Positions 23,861 to 59,000 of a stretch of 64,000 bases of DNA are shown here, in pieces (positions within the stretch are counted from its first letter, which is position 1; every line of letters begins with the position of its first letter). The stretch lies in NCBI GenBank assembly GCA_051294905.1, contig CM119376.1, positions 14,136,001-14,200,000 on the forward strand, in the 5' to 3' direction. This DNA comes from Botryllus schlosseri. Lineage: Eukaryota. A program made the translations under genes and the position numbers. The notes under the pieces were generated by a model. It did no database searches and was not told the origin of the DNA. It saw only the letters and a program-made list of their open reading frames with translations.

Positions 23861-25787
23861 ATGCTGTCAATCCCCTTGCGGAGAGTGGTCCGAAGTTGAA
23901 AAGCCAATAATTTCAACCAAAGACACGTTATGGCGACTTTAAAAATTTTAATACATGAAAAAGGTTCTCAGTGCAGAACCTACCAAGGTTCGTTTGTGAA
24001 CGCGAACCTCAAAATTCCTGAGGTTCACACACACAGATCGCGAACGTGAATCTCACGTTCACACTATCTCTACAGCGACGCTACTCGCCACTCAGGGAAC
24101 CCGAAGTGCTATAGGGTGCCGCGAACTATTTTTTTCCCTTTGAGAGGGTGCCGCGAGATAGCAGAAGGTTGAGAACCACTTATATGGCCGCTGTATAATG
24201 TAATCAGAGTAGCATATATCATTTTTTTTTCAAATTTTCATTTCTCAAATAATGAGAAAACCAAGTTCTTTTTTCGAATTAACATTTTTTTCGGCCATAT
24301 CGTGGACATGATTTTGTGTGTCTTGCTGTTTCAAAGTTAACCATGACCAAATATGGCCGAAAGAAAATGAAAACTTAACAAAACCACTGGAAATGTGTAA
24401 AATGGACATAAGCTATATACTGTAATCCCATAGCGACGATATAGCGAAGACACGAAAAGCGATTATGACATCACGAGAAAGTGCCAACAAGCACAGAGAT
24501 TGGGTGGTTGATCAATTAATGGATCCCACATGATCGTTTCAACATCCTCCTATATCTGTACATTACATCGCAGTATGGCTTGTGCAAGTTGTTTGTCTTA
24601 GCCGAATTAAAATAATAGAACCACTGTGTATTATTATTGGGAAAACACACGCACACGCATTCGTAGATGAAGTTTGTCATTTAATATGGAATACATATAT
24701 GTGTCAAGTGTCATAAACTTGTAGTAATTCTAATTAATCAATTATGATGATGCCGAGTAGTCCAATACCATCCATCCCCTAATATGGTTGATGGCTAATT
24801 CATTCATATACTTGTAATTCCATTATTATGGCGGTGATCAAATTACGTGTCCGAATACATGTGTCCAATAGAGAGCTTTGACAGGCTATATTGATGTAAT
24901 GTGGAACCAGCATTCAGGTTGATCAATTTTTGTATGCAGTATGTCATGCTGTGTAGTACTTCGTACCATGTAAATTCGGAGCTAACGTTTCGCTTCGTAA
25001 CCGTATAATATATGTATAAATACGTAATGCACTATATCGGGCCCGCGTAGTTTTGCTAAACATAAACTCCTCTTTACAAGAGATTAGATATAGAATGTTA
25101 TCGTCAGAAAGAAGCAGGCTGTATAGTCTGTCGATGAGCAAAGCGAGGAAGTAATTTCGAAAACGATGCTTTGTATTTTGCGTATATCGTATTCATGTAT
25201 GAGCCTATTGCTTGCCGATAGTAACTGTGATCTTATGTACCAGAAATAAAATAAAATCTCAACTCAACTGAAGAGGAGTTCGTTTTAGCAAAGGATAAAC
25301 TTGAAATGAAAGTGGAAAGGGACTGTTGTTATCATACCGACGTGATTTTCAGATTGCCAAATCATAAAAGTCAATATGAATTATAATATCGTTACGTCGA
25401 ATATTTGATATACTGCTACAGCTATAATATGAAATAGCTGCAATTTATACAACTTATAGTCATATATAGCCAGTCGCCTGTTGATCGCCTACATTTCATG
25501 TAGCATCGACTTGGTTTTCTGCGTGTATGACGAACTAGATTACAAAGAAGCCTTTCGCTAAGAGAATCGAATCTGTAAACAATCTCCCTTCAAAATTAAG
25601 CCGTTGATATTACCTTTACTTCATTACTTGTATCGTTGCCACACGGCCAGCTATCGTAGGAGAGAATAATGTATAGTTAATTCAGAGTTGAAGATGGAAG
25701 CGAAGGAGTATAAGCTATATTGCTATGAACGAGGCAGGGATGTCTTGAGCCGCCTGGTATAGTATTAGACTGTGGCATGGCATATAT

Positions 25788-27264
25788 TAGCGTTGGGACC
25801 CCGGGAAATCCCGATCCCGGGCTTTGAAGCAATCCCGATCCCGGGATTAATCGCAATGAAATCCCGGGATTTGTAAACAGCATCTACCAAGGCTTACGTA
25901 GCGTCATGTCTCTTATTTTGGTAATAAAGCAGTGTTACAAACTCGGCTGATTGTCTAAAACAATTCATAATTAGATGATATTAAAACCAACTATGGCATA
26001 AAATGAACTGCACAATCACTTCCGTCGTAGTGTACGGATCGCAGCAGTGTAACTCAGTATCGGATCGTTGCAGAGACGGTGCCGTGGAGGTGAAATACAG
26101 GCCGGGATAGTAGCGAATTTTGAAGATGTCAGTGCGACGAAAAAATCAGTTGTGTGGCAAAACTTTTTGTTTTGTAAATCTACAGAAAAAGCCAAATGTA
26201 ACTTGTGTCAAGACGTTTTGAAAGCTTCAGGGTCTAGCACAGCGGTTCCCAACGTGGGCGATATCGCCCCATAGTGGGCGATTTTGAAAAATAAGGGGGC
26301 GGTAGGGGAGCGAAAATCTTAGGACGTTCAGTGAGATATATTTAATCAACACGGCCAAAAAATGCACGTGAACATGGCTTATTCTGCATACGACGCCAAA
26401 GTTGACTAAAAAAATGGTCAACGTAACGGCGGAAACCGGTTTTTGGAGCACTTACTCGGAAAATTTACCTTTTTATTTACTCAATTCTTTGGCGATCAAA
26501 GTATTTAGGTGAATGAATTTCCCGTTTATATGTCCTCTTCTTCGGATCCTTAAATATGGAGCGATAGGGGATGGGGGGGGGGGGGGGGGGAATTTGTGTC
26601 GAGGTTGATAAGGGAGCGATGAGTCGAAAAAGGTTGTGATTCACTGGTATAACACAAAGGGATTGGTAACGCATTTAAGGTCCGTATACACATGATAGTA
26701 ATTAAATCAACCCGCATGATTCAATCGGGCACGTCAAAGAAATATCATTCCTTTTATAAATCGCATAATCCTCGGTTCGATGAACTTCCTAGCCAGTTAA
26801 CTGCCGTGGACGGGCTAGCATTTAAACAAATTGCTACAAAGTGAGCGAATTCGTCGGGCCTTCAAGGCTGACGGCTATAACTTGCCAAGATGTCACAAAC
26901 GGGTTCGGGACTTCGTGATCGAGCACAGAAAAATATCCGCAAGTGCGTGGAAGAAGAGCTTATGGCAATGTAACGGAATGATAGACGTTTTTCGATCACG
27001 TTGGACAAATCAACTCCTAGAAGGAAGCGGTCGGTACATGAATTTAAACGCTCATTATCCGGGTGGCTTTCGATCGCTGCGTTTCATTCGTATTCACGGG
27101 AGCATGTTTTTGCGTCAATATTACAAGGAATAAATGTTGTTTGTGTAGCTTGTATGTGCATTTTGCTACTTTGCCAATCCCGGGAAATCCCGGGATTGAG
27201 GAGCGAAAATCCCGGGAAATCCGGATCCCGGGATCTGAAATTTGATCCCGAAGTCCCAACCCTA
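25788..27264 (+). mobile_element. Internally deleted hAT transposon with BED-finger and transposase remnants
   Basis: TIRs tagcgttgggac / gtcccaacccta; TSD gcatatat/gcagatat; ATCCCGGG subterminal arrays. BED remnant KSVVWQNF...AKCNLCQDVLKASGSST|KGLVTHLRSV. Frameshifted core AVDGLAFKQI, IRRAFKADGYNLP, FSITLD, RYMNLNAH. Confidence 0.88.
26240..26646. mobile_element. Charlie-like MITE inserted in the BED-finger coding sequence
   Basis: Termini cagcggttcccaac / ggttgtgattcactg; TSD gtctagca/gtataaca. Removing it restores GSSTKGLVTHL. Confidence 0.8.
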
Positions 27265-27485
27265 GCAGATATATAGGAAATGATTCGAAATATTTAGCTA
27301 TCATAGAGGTTTCGTTTTCTTGCTACATGATAGCTATGCCTATGGTTAAGTATTCTGATTTTCAGGTCAACTTTTTAATCGACTTGACATCTGAACTATA
27401 TATACTGTACTATAAAATGATTAGGAACTTTATCTTCTCGGCTTTCACATGACAATCGTTGATCAGAGTCATAACGGTCGTTGAA

Positions 27486-52816
<25,331 letters not shown>

Positions 52817-53814
52817 AACGCCTCATCGCTGATGCAGTATCCCGTCCTGAATATCTTAACTTTTTAGCGCTTCCCGGGCTGCAGTCGGCCGTCATCGATT
52901 GAAACGGATGCAGTTTTATGTTTGTGCGCCCGATTCGTGGGTTGTTTTTACTGTTGTGTATTTTCCTGCCATATTGCTGCGCTGTACTTGACTGTGTAGA
53001 GCAGCGTGTATTTTTGACTTGCAAATATTTCACGCCAACTAGTCACTAAATTGCCGCCACTTTTTCCACACGATTACATCAGTATCTTTGGCGCGAGTTG
53101 AACCATGAAAGAAATCTTGAGTTATTGTATTGTGTTTATGTTTCCGTTTGGTGCTGCTTTGCTATGACGATTTTTGACGCGGTGTCATGACAAGGTATGA
53201 AATACATAATCATATTTTTTGAATTGCCTTATTCAACTCAAGTATATTTGTCTTCAACATGTTTTTGCCATTCTGTAGCGGTTCTAATAAATACATGTGT
53301 TTTTATTGATTTGAATTCTTCTTTGTCACAAGAAAAGACGAGGTGTCAAAATGGTAAGTTTTTACATCGATATAGTCGCTGTGGAATCAAAGTAGATTAT
53401 TTCTATTTTACACATTTTTAGACAATTTACCTAATATTATGTTTCGGCCATATCCTGGATCAACTTTAATATAATGTGATAAACACCTCGATACCACCGT
53501 GACGATATGTAGCACAGCTTTCTGTGTCCCTTCTAGCTGCCCCAAATCTGCGGTGTTGCAGGTACGGTCCTGGTAGATCCTGGACACTGTTCCACCTGTT
53601 GGGTCCGGCATATTTGTTAAAAGCGATGATCTTTCGCGATCATGTGATGTTTGAACGACGTGGACGCGCGTGTGTATTAGGCCAACTTGTGCGCTTTTGA
53701 TTCCGAGGTGAAGAAGTCATTGAAATATTCGGGGTAATGACCGCAGTGGAACTGCATGATAGCCTGCATAAACTAGGCGATTTCTAGTTTCCGCATATAT
53801 CTTCTATGTTTAGG

Positions 53815-54149
53815 TAGGGTTACCATACGTCCTCTTTTTTGACAGTGTCGTCGGAGGACGCCCTTTTTTCCTCTTTTTTGAGATTTTGTCCTCTTTTTTG
53901 AAAATTTAGGTCAGATTTAGAGCAAATTGCGAGTGATATGCCGTAAATTATCACAGAAATGATCGACGCTCAGGCGGGTATTTCGAAGTGAAAAACGGTT
54001 ATTTTAGCTCTGGGCGGAAAGATGACCTTTTTTTAGTCAACCGATCACAAAGAAATTTACCGGTTTTTGAGAATTCTTCTCCGGTTTTGCAAGTCTCAAA
54101 TTTCTGAATAAGTGTCCTCTTTTTAGATCTTCAAAATATGGTAAGCCTA
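53815..54149. mobile_element. hAT MITE with GTCCTCTTTT repeats
   Basis: TIRs tagggttaccata / atggtaagccta; perfect TSD TGTTTAGG (53807-53814, 54150-54157). A related left end lies at ~55541. Confidence 0.85.
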
Positions 54150-54189
54150 TGTTTAGGACACCGAATCTCTTCAGCGGCGACTAGTTGAT

Positions 54190-54520
54190 GGACATTGGAC
54201 ACCCAGACTTCCTTGCGGCCCTAGCTATGATACGGAGTACGTTATGTTGTAGTTTTCGCAGTGTCTCGAGTGCAGTTTTACTTGGAGCCCCCTACAGACA
54301 ATGCCATATTGTAACTTCGATTGGATTACGGATTTAAAGAGTATCAAAAGATCCCAGGCCGCACTTCGGTGATAATTTAGGGTTTAGGGACTGCATATGA
54401 CTCTTCCAGGACATGTCCGAGTCCAGTGAAACCCCGAGATATTTGGCATTTTTTGCGTTGGAAATGGGCTGACCAGCGATGTTAACGGTTCGGAAATTTT
54501 TTATAAGAGACCGCAATAGG
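54190..54520 (-). mobile_element. CR1/L2-like LINE reverse-transcriptase C-terminal fragment
   Basis: AKYLGVSLDSDMSWKSHMQSL..KL, then after a frameshift SVIQSKLQYGIVC*G...LRKLQHNVLRII. Confidence 0.7.
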
Positions 54521-55082
54521 CCTTACTTATTAGATCTTAAATGTAACTTGGAAGCATAGACTATCAGAAACGCTACCGAGAAATACTGGTCAGCCCTCAC
54601 TATTTACAGGACCACGATCTAACATATCGATCTCGCCTTCCGTCACTTGTCCCCTAATTTTATCGCTTGCCATTTTATATTATATTCTTTTACTTTCATT
54701 CAATGTGCATGCCTCCTCTTTACATCGCCTAGGCCCAGGTGGGTGTCTGATCTCAATGACTACTGCTAGTCGTTTCGGCATCTTTCTATTATTCATTGTG
54801 TTGCAGTCTTGTGATGTTTTGAAGTGATGAAATTTTATGAATTTACTTGAACGTGAAATCCAAGTGACAAATCTCAACTGTATTCCAATATCTAGCCAAA
54901 CTGACCTTTGGATTTTGTATTGATAAAACCAAATGCTGTGCAGACGCGAAATTAACGGAAAACTGTCGATTTTCAAAATGACGGAACTTTTGTCCCCAAA
55001 GTCCAATTTTCATAAAATGAAGCTCATCCTGTTTGGAATTAGCTCATCTATGCGTGTACCAAATGTCAGGAGATTTGAAGAG

Positions 55083-55118
55083 GTCAGTCAGTCAGTCAGT
55101 CAGTCAGTCAGTCAGTCA
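55083..55118. repeat. (GTCA)9 microsatellite
   Basis: Direct reading. Confidence 0.9.
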
Positions 55119-55968
55119 GGTAGTGGTGTCAACATCGGAAGTCTAGATAAGGAATGGCCTAACTGCAACCGCAACTGGTCTTTCGGCATCCTCCTCATTA
55201 CATCGCATTGCGCATTGTGTGTGTGTGTCGTTCAAATAAAAAAATATAATCTGACGATTATTATTATAAAATCCCGTAAAAATTCTAGAATCAGCATTTT
55301 TCTCGTCTGGTTATCGAACTTTTGTGGTTTGTTAAAGGTGCTCTACTTTCCGGATCCCAAATAAGGAAACCCTATCCAAACCCATGTAAGCTATGCCTTT
55401 GCTCTTCCCGTGTCTTTACGAAAAAGACCCGGTGAAGGAATAAGATATGAAAAGAGCAAGGAAAGCGTCAATAGATCCCAATCGAACACTACACCGCGAA
55501 CACCGCGAATTTGATACTACAGATTCTAATAGGCTATTACGTAGGGTTACCACATGTCCTCCTTTAGGAGGATTTGTCCTCCTTTTTCAGGAAATCGAAA
55601 ATATCCTCCTTTATGGCTTTCACAGCCAGGCTAACTGGAAAAACGTACCCGGGAGGATTGGTGTCTTTCCCAAACCTACTGTTGGGTCAGGATCCCGCTA
55701 GTGACGTTTGCAGATTCATTTCAATGTTATATCGCCAGAAGATATAGCGTTCGAGGTACGGTTATTGCTTCTTTACGGTGGACACTGGACAGTTCATATT
55801 ACTGTTCGCGGATGAATATTAAGTTGGGTCACGGTTGATTACCGTTTCAGTCGGTCAGCCATCTTGTTGGAATCTTTGTCACATGATTTTGTTTGTTCCC
55901 GTGACCTAGACTCGTGATTAGTTTTCGCGAAATTTAAATGCCCAGCACGTCTGATAGTTTTGTGGCAC

Positions 55969-56003
55969 ATGGATGTGAGTCTCAGTCAAGTGATCGAAGT
56001 CAG
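55969..56003 (+). CDS. USF: USF candidate first coding exon
   Basis: ATG GAT GTG...AG|gtcagt; phase 2 fits 58223. A YY1-like GCCATCTTG motif lies at ~55858. Confidence 0.45.
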
Positions 56004-59000
56004 GTCAGTGCAATTTCGTTTGTGGGTTAGCTGAGGCGAAACTCAGCGCCGCAATGACATAATCACGCTACTCTTTGACGTACGTTTAGTACCGGTTGTT
56101 GTGACATGCCTGCTGCGTGTAATGCTGTGTTTGTATTTTTACAATAACGCGTCATGATTGACGTCTTACAGCCTTTTCGAATTTGACTTGCAGTGCTTCA
56201 CCCTCTGCCACAGTGCAATAGTTATTTTATTGCTGCTCAGTGCTGAAATGTGCTGGAAATTTGTTTCTATCGATTCCACTGTTATATAGTTGCATCATTG
56301 CAATAGGTCCAGTGTGGAATCTGTAACATATCATACCACCTTTTTCGAGTGACGTCTAATTTTACTTGAGATTGGGATGAACAGCAATATGATTACTTGA
56401 TTGGTAGTATCTTCCCATACCCACCGTAATACAACTAACCACCTGTTTGGTAGAAAGCAGAATCCCGCTTGGATTGTATGTGCTGAGATCATTCCTGGCC
56501 TAATGAGTCCGTGTTGTTCCGAGGCTATGATCATCTCATTAACAGCGATGTAGTCACAATATACTTATGGTCCTTGTGTGTTTTAGACTGAACAGGCCAT
56601 GTAAATGCGATGCGACTTTCAATTATGTCACAAAATAGCTGATTGATAATGATTATCCACTTGCATTAATGTTTTTCTCTGCTTTTCTCACCCCTGTCAA
56701 GAATCTTGCTTTCTTTATCCCATGCCCCAGGAAATTATAACCTCTCTCACAAGTGTGCAGCTCATGCATTGTAAATGTGATGTACGACTAACCAAAGTTG
56801 TTTCTGATACGTTATACAGACATCAAGTGATATGAATATCTGAGGGCAGTTACAAAATAAACTTGCACGGCCTGCGTGTCAAAACTCATTTTCATCATGG
56901 ACCAAATCAGCATAATGGGTTAAAGGTTACCTTCAAACAGCATGGACAATGTGCCTTATTAACAGCATCCATAGTGCACCAAATGATTATCTTCATGTTT
57001 TGTTTGATTGCGTGATGACACAATTGCAAGTTAGATAAACTCTGTGGGCTGTGTCATGATGAATCATCTTCAGAGTTGCTTAAGTTGGTTTCTCATTTTC
57101 CTATAGTATGATGCATAACGAGAATTGTGTAAGCTTTGATTTGTAATCGTTACTAAAGTTTGTTGCACATGAATTTCTTTTTCAATTTGACTAGTTTTAT
57201 GAAATCCAATTCTGAGAAGCATCATCTAATGCCATGTTGTGACGGACGTGGTAAACACCAATCAAACTTCATAAGCACAATTCCTACATCCTGTACTGCC
57301 GCATTGCCGTTGCCGCAATAACTTGGTCATGTGATGATGCGATCACTGCATGGTGTTTGTCCAAACTGGACTTTGGCTAGCTTTGTATGGAATGTGCAAT
57401 TGAATGCTACTAAATGGTCACGTTACTGTTCATTTCATCTGTAATTTGGCTGAGTCATGTGTGGAATCATGTGATGAATTAAATAATGAGTGGTATTTTC
57501 AATCGAGGTGTCCTCTGCTGCATTATGATCATATATTGCTAGCTCTCTATTTGATCACCTATCAAGGAGTGCAGTTGAATGCTAGACTTGAAAATTAACG
57601 ACTCTTATTGTCGTACAAATTCGTTAGCAAAACAGAATTGAGAGCACTAGACCTGCTGTCAGTGCTGTATGAATCAAGTTCCCAGAAAATTGACTTACTT
57701 CCTGTTTCAGTGCATGAATGTGACAACCATACATCCTTGCATTGCTGATTTCACCGAATATGATCATAATCTCCTCACATGCAAAACCTGAGTACATGGG
57801 CGTACTGAGCATTAAACAATAGTGGCAGCTACCTGTTGTTTGGATCCCCATGTCTCTACGGTTGAACCTCGTGTAGGGTTTGGTTCGATCGTAGCCCCAG
57901 TACAAATAATCTGTTATCAAACGCGTTTTCCAATCATTTCGAGATTTTCTTTGTATCTGCTGTAAATTAATGTCCCAGGCATGTTCTGTATCGCTATAAT
58001 GGCCGTCCCGGTATCCTGCCTTTGGAGACCAATGTACTGTTCCACTCGAGAATTGTTCTTTCAAAGTGTTTGTGGTCATAATATTTTAAATGTTGACAGA
58101 ATTCTGTTGTTCAAAAGTTAAATGATAACACCAGTGTCAATATGATATCACAATGGTAGTCCAAAGCTCCGCATTCTGTATCTTGGTGACTGTGCGTAAA
58201 CTATTCTTTCCTTTGTTTTTAGAGAAAAGCAGGCAGGGGATATTGAAGAGAGCCACCAGGGTCGGTCTCCTGATATCAACGGTAAGTCTGTCTGGTAGAA
58301 ATTCTATACATGGTCTGACTCAGTCATGTGGTTGTTAACCAGTGAGGTGATTGGTTGCATGTCATGAATTTTGTTGGCGATTTGGTCCAGGGCGCTAGAA
58401 TTGTATCACAACATGTCGTAATGTGGCCCAGACCAATCCTATTCTGTCATATTCATGTGTTTTCATTTTATAGATAACGAGGACGAGGGACAAATAGCTG
58501 AAGGCGATACTTCGTCGCAACAGGATGAAGGATTTCACTACCAGATACGTAACACGTCAGACAATGGTCAGGTAAGATAACTGGTTAACCCATGAAATTG
58601 TTACGTTGTCTACAAAAACGATGCAAAACAAATTTGACTCTATTCCAACTCGTAGATGCAAAGTTATTTCAGTTTTCATTAATAATTCTGGGATCACCCA
58701 CCTTCCGATGCTCTTTTTTCAAACTTCAAACTGCAATGACTTTGCTTCTACCGGTTGAAGAACCCTAACCGTACATGTCGCGAGATTATGCAATTTTCAT
58801 TATCATGGAAAAATAGCTTCAAATTGTACATTTTTTCGGAGCATTCGCCTGCACTTTTCCATCATAATCCTTGAATGCGTCCTTCACGGTGTATTTGATG
58901 AATTGTTATCAAGTGTTGCCCGACAACCAAGCTTGTCGCTCTGTAACCTCAAAACAAGCGCTAACTTCAACCCAATACTGAATGCTCATATGTTTGTGGA

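Larger units (their letters stand above)
21556..24180. mobile_element. Charlie/Buster-like hAT element carrying nested insertions
   Basis: Left cagtgattctcaaccggtgtgcc, right gtgccgcgag...aaggttgagaaccact. Left flank gattatat; right junction reads accact|tatat, consistent with a 4-bp deletion across the end and TSD. Confidence 0.55.

Noticed and set aside
26572-26590. Poly-G run as a functional G-quadruplex
   Set aside because: It is a homopolymer inside a MITE, prone to slippage or sequencing error; no functional evidence.
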